DNA from: an uncultured bacterium
GTDB lineage: Bacteria; Krumholzibacteriota; Krumholzibacteriia; JACNKJ01
Direction of reading: 5' to 3'
Assembly: GCA_963695095.1 (NCBI GenBank)
Contig: CAVOFT010000001.1
Span: forward strand, 960,001-1,024,000
Length of the DNA: 64,000 nt
Shown: positions 45,543-54,970 of the stretch, in pieces
Numbering within the stretch: position 1 is the first letter of the stretch
Layout: each line of letters begins with the position of its first letter
Notes under the pieces: generated by a model
The model's database searches: none
What the model was told of the DNA's origin: nothing
Seen by the model: the letters and a program-made list of their open reading frames with translations, nothing else
Translations under genes and position numbers: made by a program

Positions 45543-48500
45543 ATGCCCGAATTCATGGGTCCCTACCAGCTCAAGCGCTTGCTCGGCGAGGGCGGCATGG
45601 GCCAGGTCTACGAGGGCCTGGACCGCCGCAGCGGCGAGCGCGTGGCCGTGAAGCTGCTGCGGGGGGGCGCGCTGGCCATGGCGCGCGAAAAGGAGCTCTT
45701 TGCCCGCGAGGCCCGCGTGGGCATGGAGTTGGCCCATCCGGGTCTCGTGCGCGTCCTGGCCGTCGAGATCCAGGACGGCGTCCAGCCCTACCTGGCCATG
45801 GAATACCTGCCCGGGCCCACGCTCAAGGGCGTGCTCGCGGCGGGGCCGCTGGCGCCGCTCACGGCCCTGGATCTGGCCGGGGCCGTGCTCGAGGCGCTGG
45901 CCTTCGTCCACGAGCGGGGCATCATCCACCGCGACATCAAGTCCGGCAACATCATGCTGGACTTCGAGGGCCGCCCCCGCCTGATGGACTTCGGCCTCAC
46001 GACCTTTTCGGACGAGACGAGCCTGTCCCGCAGCGGCATCGTCTTCGGTTCGCCGCACTACATGTCGCCCGAACAGGGCCTGGGCGAGACGCTCGACGCG
46101 CGCAGCGATCTGTTCTCCCTCTGCATCACGCTCTTCGAGCTGCTCACGGGGCGCCTGCCCTTCCGCGGCGGCACGCCGCTGGCGGTGGTCTACGCGATCC
46201 TGAACGAAGAGCCGCAGCCCCTGCGGCGCCTGCGACCGGAGCTGCCCGAGGAGCTGGAGTGGGTCTTCGCGCGCGGTCTGGCCAAGCGGCGTGAGGACCG
46301 CTACCAGACGGCGGGCGCCCTGGCCGCGGACCTGCGCCAGGTCGAGCGACTGCTGCGCGGCGAGAGCGACGCGGGCGCTCTGCGCCTGGCCGCTGCGCCT
46401 CGGCGGCGCACGGTGGGCGAGGAGCTCTTCCCCCTGCCCCTGGCCGGCCGCGACGGCGAACTGGCCGCGCTGCAGGCGGTTTTTCGCGGCGAGGGCCCGC
46501 CGCTGCACTTCCTCGCCGGCGAGGCGGGCGCGGGCAAGACGCGGCTGGTGCGCGAGGTGCTCAACCGGCTGGGCTCGGCCGCGCCGTCCCTGCTCGTGGG
46601 TCGCACGCAGCCGGGTCGCGAGCACTTCCCCTATCAGCCCTGGCTGGAGGCCCTGCGCCCGGCGCTCGAAGCGCGCGAGCTCACCCACCCCGAGTCCCTG
46701 GCCCGGTTCCTGGGCGAGAGCGGCCAGGCCCGCGCGCGGATGCTGCATCCCTTCCTGGCCGGCGAGGGCGGCGGGCGCCTCGAGAACCGCGAGCAGCTCT
46801 TCGAAGGCCTGCGCAGCCTGCTCGCCGCGCTCTGCGCCGAGGAGCCCTGCGTCATCTGGCTCGAGGACCTGCACCGCAGCGACCAGGCGAGCCTGGACCT
46901 GCTCGCCTTTCTCGCCCGCGGCCGGGCGGGCGAGCTGCCGCCCATGCTGCTCAGCTACCGGCCCGAGGAGCTGCGCGAGGACGAAGGTCTGGCGCCTCTG
47001 CTCCGCGAGTTGAAGCTCGAGGGCCGGGCGGCCGTCCTGGAGCTGAAGCGCCTGGACGCGGCGGCCGTGGCCGAACTGGTGCGGGCCGTGCTGCCGGGCG
47101 TGGCCGATGCCGGGCGCGCGGCCCAGCGCCTGTGGGCGGAGAGCGACGGCAATCCCTTCATCCTGCGCGAACTGCTGCAGTTTCTCGACGGGCGGGCGCG
47201 AGGCCTCGCCGCCGCTCCCGAGGGCCGCACCCTGGCCCCCGGCGCCCTGCCCGCCAGCGTGCTGGACCCGGATCCCGAGCACTGGGAGCTGCCCCTGCCC
47301 GAGCGCATCCTCGATCTCGTGCAGCACCGCCTCGCCGGCCTGGGCCCCGAAGAGCGCGAGTTGCTCGAATTGGCGGCCGTGGAGGGCGAGGCCTTCAGCG
47401 CGGAAGTGCTGGCCGCCGTGCTCGAGCAGCGGCGGCTCTCCGTGCTGCGCCGTCTGCAGGAGCTCGAGCGGCGCACGCGCCTGGTGCAGGCGCGCGAAGG
47501 GCGCTTCCTCTTCGATCATGCCATCGTGCGCCGGGCCCTCTACGACGGTCTGGGCGATGCCCTGCGCCGCGAGTACCACCGCGAGGTGGGCGATTACCTC
47601 GAGCGCAGCGGCGGCGAGCAGGCGGCCAATGCCGCGGCCGTCGCGCGCCACTACGACGGCGCCGGCGAGCCGCGGCGGGCCCTGCCCTTCCATCTCGAGG
47701 CGGGACGCCACGCGCGCGCGCTCTACGCGCCCCGCGAAGCGAGGGGGCATCTGGAGCAGGCCCGCGAGGAGGCCGATCTCTGGTGGCTGGAGGAGCCCGA
47801 GGGCAAGGCCCGCGAGCTGCGCGTGCAGATCCTGCGCGAGCTGGGTCTCCTCGAGCAGACCGCGGGCCGCTACGAGCAGGCCGAGATTCTCTTCAGTGGC
47901 GCCGCCGGACTGCTGATCCCGATGCTCGAGGAGGCAAGCCGGGCCGAACTCGAGCGCCTGCGCGGCGAGTGCCTCTATCACGGCGGGCAGCCGGAGGCCG
48001 CGGCGCGGGCTTTTGCGAGCGCCCTGGCGCACTGCCCGGCCGACGATCGGGCGGAGCACGCCCGCATCCTGCGCAGCCGCGCCTACATCCAGGCCCGGGC
48101 CAACGACTGGGAGGAGGCCCTGGCCTCCTGCCGGGCGGCGCTGCTGCTCAGCGAGGGCGTGCCCGCCGATCGCCTGGCCGTGCGCCACACGATGGGCACC
48201 ATCCACCTGCAGCGCGGCGAGCTGGAGGCGGCCCGTGAAATCTTCGCGGAGGTGATCGCCGAGGCCGGCAGCGACGAACTGCAGTACCTGCGCACCGCGG
48301 CCCTGGCCAATCTCGGCACCGTGCTCTGGCGTCTGGGCGAGGGCGAGGAGGCCATTCGCTGCCTCGAGGAGAGCCTCGGCCTGCGCCGGCAGCTGGGTCT
48401 CGTGATCGAGTACGCGCAGATCCTGATGAACCTGGCCATCATCCGCACGAAGACGGGCGAACTGGACGCAGCGCGCCGCCTGCTGGCCGAGTCCAGCGAA

Positions 48501-49262
48501 TTGAAGGCGCGCATCGGCGATGCGGTGGGCCTGGCCTCGGCCGAGAACAGCCTGGGCAATCTGGAGCTGCGCGCCGGCCATCTGCCGGATGCCCTGCCGC
48601 ACTTCCAGCGCGCGGCCGCGCTTCACCGCAGCGCTCAGAATCGCGCCCGCGCCGCCGTGGCCCTGCACAATCTCGGCGAGTCGCTCGTGGAACTCGGTCA
48701 GCTCGACGACGCCGAGGCTCCGCTCGCCGAGTCGCGCGCCATCCGCGAGGAGCTGGGCCTGGAGGCCGCCCTCAGCTCCAGCCTGCGCGCGGGCGCCAGG
48801 CTGATGGCGGCGCGCGGCGACGCCGAGGCCGCACTGGCCGCCTTCGCGGCGGCGGCGGCCCAGGCCGAGCGGGCGGCGAGCCCCGACGAGGGGCTCAAGG
48901 TGGCCTGCGACCGCCTGGACTTCTTGCTGGACACCGGCGAGGTGGCCGCGGCCGCCGAGCAGCTCGCCGCCCTGCGCCGGGAACGGGAGGTCTGGCCCCC
49001 GCCCGGCCTCGAATTCGAGCTGGCGATGCTCGAGAGCCGCCTGGCGCGCGCACAGGGCGCGGCGCCGGAGCAGGCCTTCGCCGAATTGCTGGCCACGATC
49101 AGCGGGGAGAAAGAGCCATTTCAGCGGCTGCTGCTCCTCGGCGAGCGCCTCAAGGGCGCTCCCGTCGAGGAGGAGCCGCAGCTGGCCGCCGAGCTGGCGG
49201 CCCTGCGCTCCCGACCCGAGTTCGCCTGGCTGGCGGGGACTACTTCATCATCACGAGCTTGA
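45543..49262 (+). CDS. Ser/Thr protein kinase - STAND-type AAA ATPase - TPR protein
   Basis: GEGGMGQVY, VAVK, HRDIKSGN, DFG, YMSPEQ; GEAGAGKT, WLEDLH, SDGNPF; multiple TPRs (LANLG, NSLGN, HNLGE). Confidence 0.93.
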   Translation: MPEFMGPYQLKRLLGEGGMGQVYEGLDRRSGERVAVKLLRGGALAMAREKELFAREARVGMELAHPGLVRVLAVEIQDGVQPYLAMEYLPGPTLKGVLAAGPLAPLTALDLAGAVLEALAFVHERGIIHRDIKSGNIMLDFEGRPRLMDFGLTTFSDETSLSRSGIVFGSPHYMSPEQGLGETLDARSDLFSLCITLFELLTGRLPFRGGTPLAVVYAILNEEPQPLRRLRPELPEELEWVFARGLAKRREDRYQTAGALAADLRQVERLLRGESDAGALRLAAAPRRRTVGEELFPLPLAGRDGELAALQAVFRGEGPPLHFLAGEAGAGKTRLVREVLNRLGSAAPSLLVGRTQPGREHFPYQPWLEALRPALEARELTHPESLARFLGESGQARARMLHPFLAGEGGGRLENREQLFEGLRSLLAALCAEEPCVIWLEDLHRSDQASLDLLAFLARGRAGELPPMLLSYRPEELREDEGLAPLLRELKLEGRAAVLELKRLDAAAVAELVRAVLPGVADAGRAAQRLWAESDGNPFILRELLQFLDGRARGLAAAPEGRTLAPGALPASVLDPDPEHWELPLPERILDLVQHRLAGLGPEERELLELAAVEGEAFSAEVLAAVLEQRRLSVLRRLQELERRTRLVQAREGRFLFDHAIVRRALYDGLGDALRREYHREVGDYLERSGGEQAANAAAVARHYDGAGEPRRALPFHLEAGRHARALYAPREARGHLEQAREEADLWWLEEPEGKARELRVQILRELGLLEQTAGRYEQAEILFSGAAGLLIPMLEEASRAELERLRGECLYHGGQPEAAARAFASALAHCPADDRAEHARILRSRAYIQARANDWEEALASCRAALLLSEGVPADRLAVRHTMGTIHLQRGELEAAREIFAEVIAEAGSDELQYLRTAALANLGTVLWRLGEGEEAIRCLEESLGLRRQLGLVIEYAQILMNLAIIRTKTGELDAARRLLAESSELKARIGDAVGLASAENSLGNLELRAGHLPDALPHFQRAAALHRSAQNRARAAVALHNLGESLVELGQLDDAEAPLAESRAIREELGLEAALSSSLRAGARLMAARGDAEAALAAFAAAAAQAERAASPDEGLKVACDRLDFLLDTGEVAAAAEQLAALRREREVWPPPGLEFELAMLESRLARAQGAAPEQAFAELLATISGEKEPFQRLLLLGERLKGAPVEEEPQLAAELAALRSRPEFAWLAGTTSSSRA

Positions 49263-50946
49263 CGGCCCGGCTGCCCCGGCCATCGGTCAGACGCAGCAAG
49301 TAGACTCCGCTGGGCAGGCGCTGGCCGCTTTCGTCGCGACCGTCCCACTCCAGGCTGAAGGGCCCGGCGGGCTGATCACCCGCGATGAGCAGACGCTGGC
49401 GGCGACCCTGCAGGTCGTAGACGCCCAGCTCCACGCCGCCGGCCGCTAGCAGCTCGCCGCTGATCCGCGTGCTCGGATTGAAGGGATTGGGCTGCACCCG
49501 CAAGCTGCCGAGGAGCAGGGGCGTCTCGCCGACGCCGGTGGTGAAGCGGGTGATCAGGCAGCCGCCGATGGCGATGTCGTCCACCCAGCCCTCGACGGGC
49601 TCGGCGGCGGGGTGGCCCAGGCCGCGCGCGCGCAGGCGCAGCTCCTCGATCGCCAGCGCGTAGCCGCTGAAGGTGGCCCCGTCCACGAAGTTGCCGAGCT
49701 GATCCTTGATCTCGATGCCGATGAGCGCCGAGGGCGTGTACTGCGAGACCTGCACGCGCCGGATCTCGTTGATGGAGAGGTTCGGGAAGCGCTGATCGAG
49801 AACGAGGTGGCCGTCGTGCAGGAACTTGAAGCGGAGATCGTAGGTCTGGTCGCCGAAGGTGCTGGGAATGGCGAGCACGCGCAGCACATCGAGGCCGCCG
49901 GCCAGCTCGAGCAGCACCATCTCGCTCTGCGCGCCGGGCGCGCTCACCAGGTGGCTGAAGCGGATCGACCAGCTATCGCAGCCGCCGCCCTCGGGCATCA
50001 GCGGCATGGCGAGCACCGCGTCGCAGGTCGCCTCGCCATGGGCGGCGAAGCGGATGGCGTGCAGGATCGGATCCCAGTCCAGCTCATGCGGGGGGCAGAT
50101 GGAGACGGGCTCGAGATCCTCGAGGCCGTCCATGAAGTCCATGATGTCGTCGCCCTCGAAGCCCAGCCACTCGGAGTAGCCGCCCGTGAAGTCCGCGCGG
50201 GCGTAGGGATCGGCGATGGCCTCCATCATGACCGACTGGAAGTGCAGCGGGGCGGGCAGGTAGCGATTCGTGGAGACGGGTCCCGAGCTGCTGTCGCTGA
50301 GGCTGCCGGTGAGGAGACTGATCACGTCCGGGGCCGGAACGAGGAGGTCGCCCCGGGCAGGATCGGGATCGGGCAGGTTGCTGGTGTCCAGGCCGGTCCA
50401 GCCCATCTCGGGGAAGTAGCCGAGGTCGTCCGTCGGCTTGATGCCGACCACGTGGACGTCGACTGCGTAGTCCTCCACCCCGAGCTCGTGGTAGAGGAAG
50501 TCCCTGAGGTCGGGCGGGGCGAGCGCATTGACGATGCCCTGGCCGACCAGCATCAGCTTGCCGCCGAGGGCGCGGTAGTCGCGCAGGAGCATGCGCTCGG
50601 CGATGCTCAGCGGGATGCTGTCCGCGCTGGCGCAGTTCCAGATGACGTAGGGATAGGCGGCCAGGTCTTCGAGCGTCGGCAGGTTGCGCGGACCCTCGTC
50701 CGGCTGGATCTCGAAGACATCGAAGTCGTAGCCGAGGATGTCGAAGACCTCGAAGAAGTAGGTCTCGTAGTGGGGGTCGGCGTCCCCGGGCCCGCGCTCG
50801 ATGGGATCCCAGTCGTCATCGACGAAGGCCACCTTCTTTTCGCGGGCGAGGGCGCCGGGGGCGATGAGCGCGAGCGCGAGAAGCGCGGTGAGGATGAGCG
50901 CGACCGGCAGGCCGAGCGAATGCCGGCCAAGGCGGGGCTGGCGCAT
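49240..50946 (-). CDS. Secreted protein with C-terminal FlgD-like Ig domain
   Basis: Signal peptide; FVDDD N-terminal domain; PNPFNPST...WDGRDESGQRLPSGVYL...KLVMMK. Confidence 0.85.
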   Translation of the reverse strand: MRQPRLGRHSLGLPVALILTALLALALIAPGALAREKKVAFVDDDWDPIERGPGDADPHYETYFFEVFDILGYDFDVFEIQPDEGPRNLPTLEDLAAYPYVIWNCASADSIPLSIAERMLLRDYRALGGKLMLVGQGIVNALAPPDLRDFLYHELGVEDYAVDVHVVGIKPTDDLGYFPEMGWTGLDTSNLPDPDPARGDLLVPAPDVISLLTGSLSDSSSGPVSTNRYLPAPLHFQSVMMEAIADPYARADFTGGYSEWLGFEGDDIMDFMDGLEDLEPVSICPPHELDWDPILHAIRFAAHGEATCDAVLAMPLMPEGGGCDSWSIRFSHLVSAPGAQSEMVLLELAGGLDVLRVLAIPSTFGDQTYDLRFKFLHDGHLVLDQRFPNLSINEIRRVQVSQYTPSALIGIEIKDQLGNFVDGATFSGYALAIEELRLRARGLGHPAAEPVEGWVDDIAIGGCLITRFTTGVGETPLLLGSLRVQPNPFNPSTRISGELLAAGGVELGVYDLQGRRQRLLIAGDQPAGPFSLEWDGRDESGQRLPSGVYLLRLTDGRGSRAVKLVMMK

Positions 50947-51123
50947 GGCGTTCTCCCTGTCTGGCAAGTGATGCAACTATAGCAGATTTTATCATCTGCG
51001 CTCCACCAGCGTCAATGCGGGTCAGTCTGGGAACGGGTCAAGATGAGGGTAGCTGAGCGCCCCGCCGAGTGGATCCGGCTCCCAACGCACAGCCCCTGAG
51101 CGCCTCGGCCCAAGTCGATTTTA

Positions 51124-51153
51124 CTTGACAGTCAAGAGAGTCGTCGCCATTCT
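51124..51153 (+). promoter_or_regulatory. Putative promoter with a palindrome over the -35 box
   Basis: TTGACA-17 bp-CATTCT; CTTGAC-A-GTCAAG palindrome. Confidence 0.5.
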
Positions 51154-51265
51154 CCGTGGTGTCAGCTATGATATCCGCAGGAGCTGCTTGTATCTACCGG
51201 GGGAAGAAGTCCAGGAGGATGCGAATCCTCAGGGGGTGTAGTACACAGGTAGAAGGGAGCTTGCC

Positions 51266-51715
51266 ATGCGATATCGTCCAGTTCTCGTCGGCTTGCTGGC
51301 AATCTCGAGTTTCGCTTTCAGCGCGCCTGCCGCCTGCCTCGCCGATACGTTCCGCTGGATCGCCGGCACCGAGGCGGGGATTCTCGACGAGGTCAGCTAT
51401 ACGAGCGAGACCCAGTTTCAAGTACATGCCAGCCTGATTCCGGATCAGCAGCCGGCTTGGGTTTTCAGCAGCGAACCGCTCCATGAATGCTACGGGGCTC
51501 AGATCCAAGATGCTCAGGTTCTGCAGAGCATCGCGGCCGCGGTCTTTCCCGGATTGGCTACGAAGCCGGATTGGATCATCCTTCTCGTCGAAGGTGAGCA
51601 GGTTCACGTCGAGCTCGATCCCGTGACGCCGTGGGCGTCCTTGTTCGCCCTGTACCGAGACGAAAACCATCCTCCGCAGGAGGTCAGCTTCTCCTATATC
51701 AAGTCGCTCTACTAG
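51266..51715 (+). CDS. Secreted hypothetical protein with an SFSxIKSLY C-terminal motif
   Basis: Signal peptide; ends EVSFSYIKSLY; lower GC. Confidence 0.75.
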   Translation: MRYRPVLVGLLAISSFAFSAPAACLADTFRWIAGTEAGILDEVSYTSETQFQVHASLIPDQQPAWVFSSEPLHECYGAQIQDAQVLQSIAAAVFPGLATKPDWIILLVEGEQVHVELDPVTPWASLFALYRDENHPPQEVSFSYIKSLY

Positions 51716-51859
51716 GCACCACGCTCTCTGGGGGTGGTGGCTGGGCCGCCCCTAGGGGCGAGCGATGCACACGCACTCCTGAGCCCTGTTTCGTGCAGTT
51801 GGGTTTCGGGATCAGCATGGCAGCCGCTGGCGCTCCTGCGGCTGGGGGAGGAGACAGAG

Positions 51860-53164
51860 ATGAACCGGGTAAGCCTCCGAGGTCGACGTCGCGCGAGGCT
51901 GGGTACTCTCCTTTGCGTGACCCTGGTAGTTGCGCTAGGCCCGAGCAAGGCGGTCGGCGCGCGGTTGTTGGACAAGGTAGCGCCCTACCGAGACGATGCG
52001 GCCGCCTACTACAAGCTCCTAGATGCGGAGCTGGCTTCGGGGAACTGGAGCGAAGCGCAACTCGTCGAGGCCTTCGAGGAGACGCGGGATTACATCGACA
52101 CCCCTGAGCTGCGACACCTTGCGGCTACCCGGCCCCGGCTGGTGTCACGACTCCTCGAACTGATGCCGACCTACGAAGCCCTGGCTGCGCGCATCGAGGC
52201 GGATTGGGCCGTCAATCACCGGGAGCTGATGTATGACGCGCTGATCGCCTTCCTCAAGGATCGTGGTCCGGAGATCTCCGACGCGGACTTCCAACAGGCG
52301 TTTTCGCGGCTGTACGAGGCAAGTGTCCAGGACTTCGGCCGGCATTGGGAGGAAGATGCAGCGCTCGCTATGGAGGCAGGTGCGAATACTCTGTGGGGCG
52401 TGCAGCGCATGCCGGCATTGGGGCACAAGTTGGACCAAGTTACTCGTGACCGGGTCTACACACTGGTGCTCGATAATTGGGGGCGCATCAGGAGCATTCA
52501 TGTCCGCACCACAGTCGCCAGGTGTCTTCGGAAGCTGAACCGAGGGCGCGCAGTCGAGGACTTTACAGCGATGCTCTTGGCTCCAGATTGGAAGGCGATG
52601 ACTGCAGGAGCTACGAATCCAATGGTGTCCGCGATCTGCAAGAGCAAGGATGCACTCGCCCGGTATCAGCGGATCGCGCATCATACGCGCGATCCTGAGG
52701 TCTTTCGGTACATTGTCATCGCGCGGGAACACAGAGCGACCTTCTCCGAGCTGAGAATCCTCTTCGATGTGCAGAGCGATCTCTCTCAGATCGAAGGGGT
52801 GCCGTTCCAAGAGCCGAATCTTGACCGCTGCTGGTCTTCGATCGCTGATTCCTTGGCGGTGGACGCAAGCTGTACCATGCGACGGCACTTCAACAAGCTA
52901 GCCATGCGCATGGGCCCTGACAGGGCATTCGAGTTCCTCGTTCAGCACCCAGACCTTCCCTGTCCGGAATTGAAGTCCGCTCTCATCGATGTTGTGATCA
53001 GGAAGGCCCCGACGCGCCCGTTCTCCGGCCTCAAGCCTGGATCCTCCTTAATCGAAAGGAAGGAGGCGCTTGAAGCGATGGGGCTGACCCCTGCTCAAGC
53101 CCGGCTCTTGGAATCATACCTGAAGGCGGTGAATCTCCTGGAGGTGCAACATGAGAAGCCATGA
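51860..53164 (+). CDS. Secreted alpha-helical hypothetical protein
   Basis: GGAGG RBS; signal-like N-terminus; atypical codon usage. Confidence 0.65.
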   Translation: MNRVSLRGRRRARLGTLLCVTLVVALGPSKAVGARLLDKVAPYRDDAAAYYKLLDAELASGNWSEAQLVEAFEETRDYIDTPELRHLAATRPRLVSRLLELMPTYEALAARIEADWAVNHRELMYDALIAFLKDRGPEISDADFQQAFSRLYEASVQDFGRHWEEDAALAMEAGANTLWGVQRMPALGHKLDQVTRDRVYTLVLDNWGRIRSIHVRTTVARCLRKLNRGRAVEDFTAMLLAPDWKAMTAGATNPMVSAICKSKDALARYQRIAHHTRDPEVFRYIVIAREHRATFSELRILFDVQSDLSQIEGVPFQEPNLDRCWSSIADSLAVDASCTMRRHFNKLAMRMGPDRAFEFLVQHPDLPCPELKSALIDVVIRKAPTRPFSGLKPGSSLIERKEALEAMGLTPAQARLLESYLKAVNLLEVQHEKP

Positions 53165-53537
53165 CTCGATCTCCAGAGGGCGCCAGGGTATCGGCAGCGG
53201 TGGCGGCGCAAGGCGATGGCTGTACTTGCTTCCCCTCGCCTTGGTTCTAGCCCAGGCGAGTCCAGTCAATGCCCAGTTCGAATTGGGCGACGCAGTCTAC
53301 AACAGCATCGAAGTGGGGTGCTTCACCTTGTGCTATGACCACGCCGGCATCGTTGTTGGCGTGAAGCCCGACGAGTACGGCTTGCCGGAAGTGCGGATCG
53401 TGGAGGGTACGATTCCTGCGGCCCGAGAAGTGTCCCTGGGAGAATTCGGCATGGAATGGGGCCCATATACGCGGGCCAGCTACGACTTTGGAGTTCGCCG
53501 ATCCGCGGCTGAGAATGCTCTCGATCTGCGAGGGTGA
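53151..53537 (+). pseudogene. Secreted protein truncated by IS256; possibly permuted NlpC/P60 (YiiX-like) N-terminus
   Basis: GGAGG RBS; signal peptide; LGDAVY...DHAGIVVG...IVEG; the stop codon is formed at the IS junction. Confidence 0.55.
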
Positions 53538-54853
53538 GTCTGTAAGGTTTTCTGTGTAACTGGCCTTGGGCTACACTCTATCGGAGGAGAGCGACCATGG
53601 CCAAACCAGATCCTGTGGACAAGCTGATCGACGAGCTGATCCTGGGCAAGCAGCCCGAGGAGATCCTCGGCAAGGACGGCGTGCTCAAGCAGCTCACGAA
53701 GCGGCTTGTCGAGCGCGCCCTCGAAGGCGAGATGACCCACCACCTGGGCTACGCGCCGCATGCCCCCGAGGGCCGGGGCAGCGGCAATTCACGCAACGGC
53801 AAGACGAGCAAGACCCTGCTGGCCGAGAGCGGGGAACTGGAGATCACCGTGCCCCGCGACCGCAGCGGCGAGTTCGAGCCGGTGCTCGTCCCCAAGCGCC
53901 AGCGCCGGCTCGCCGGCTTCGACGACAAGGTGATCGCGCTCTACGCACGGGGCCTGACGACGCGCGAGATCCAGGCTCACCTCGAGGAGCTCTACGGCGT
54001 CGAGGTCTCGCCGCAACTGATCTCGGCGGTAACCGACGCGGTGCTGGACGAGGTCGCAGCCTGGCAGAACCGGCCGCTGGATCCGGTCTATCCGATCGTC
54101 TACTTGGATGCGATCCATCTCAAGCTGCGCAGCGAGGGCCGCGTGCAAAACCAGGCGGTCTACCTGGCGCTGGGGATCACGCTCGAGGGGAGGAAGGAGC
54201 TGCTCGGCCTGTGGATCGGCGAGAGCGAAGGGGCCAAGTTCTGGCTGGGCGTGATCACGGAGCTGCGAAACCGTGGGCTGCAGGACATCCTGATCGCCTG
54301 CGTGGATGGGCTGAAGGGCTTCCCCGAAGCGATCGAGACGGTCTACCCGCGGACGCAGGTGCAACTGTGCATCATCCACATGGTGCGCCATTCGCTCAAG
54401 TACGTGGGCTGGAAGGAGCGCAAGGCGGTGGCGGCGGATCTGCGGACGATCTACACGGCGGCCACGGCCGAGGCCGGGGAGCAGGCGCTGACGGCCTTCG
54501 AGGCGAAGTGGGGAGCGCGCTACCCGTCGATCGGCAAGAGCTGGCGGGCCAACTGGGCGAACCTGATCCCGTTCTACAGCTACCCGCCGGCAATCCGGAA
54601 GGTGATCTACACGACGAACGCGATCGAGTCGATGCAGGCGAGCCTGCGCAAGCTGCTGCGGCATCGGGGTGCTTTCCCGAACGCGGAGAGCGTGCGCAAG
54701 GTGCTATACTTGGCGCTGCAGCGGATCGCAAAGGGCTGGAAGCGGCCGGTCCTGGACTGGGTCGCGGCCCTGAATCACTTCAGCGTGGTGTTTGAGGGGA
54801 GAATCTAGCGGTGATCGGAGATGGGTCAGTTACACAGAATTCTGGACACACTC
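53536..54853 (+). mobile_element. IS256 family insertion sequence
   Basis: Imperfect terminal IRs GAGTCTGTAAGGTTTTCTGTGTAACTG and GAGTGTGTCCAGAATTCTGTGTAACTG (reverse complement); no flanking direct repeat. Confidence 0.93.
53597..54808 (+). CDS. IS256 family transposase
   Basis: RNG..K, VPRDR, YLDAI, DGLKGF, QLCIIH, YTTNAIES. Confidence 0.96.
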   Translation: MAKPDPVDKLIDELILGKQPEEILGKDGVLKQLTKRLVERALEGEMTHHLGYAPHAPEGRGSGNSRNGKTSKTLLAESGELEITVPRDRSGEFEPVLVPKRQRRLAGFDDKVIALYARGLTTREIQAHLEELYGVEVSPQLISAVTDAVLDEVAAWQNRPLDPVYPIVYLDAIHLKLRSEGRVQNQAVYLALGITLEGRKELLGLWIGESEGAKFWLGVITELRNRGLQDILIACVDGLKGFPEAIETVYPRTQVQLCIIHMVRHSLKYVGWKERKAVAADLRTIYTAATAEAGEQALTAFEAKWGARYPSIGKSWRANWANLIPFYSYPPAIRKVIYTTNAIESMQASLRKLLRHRGAFPNAESVRKVLYLALQRIAKGWKRPVLDWVAALNHFSVVFEGRI

Positions 54854-54970
54854 GCTCTCGCGGTTGCGGCGTCAGGTGCCCCGCTTCGGGCTGGTGAGGC
54901 GGGCTCGTCTGCGCTAGAGTGGCGAGCATCCCCCCGCGGGGAGCGATGACTACTCAGGAGCAGCCCAGCC

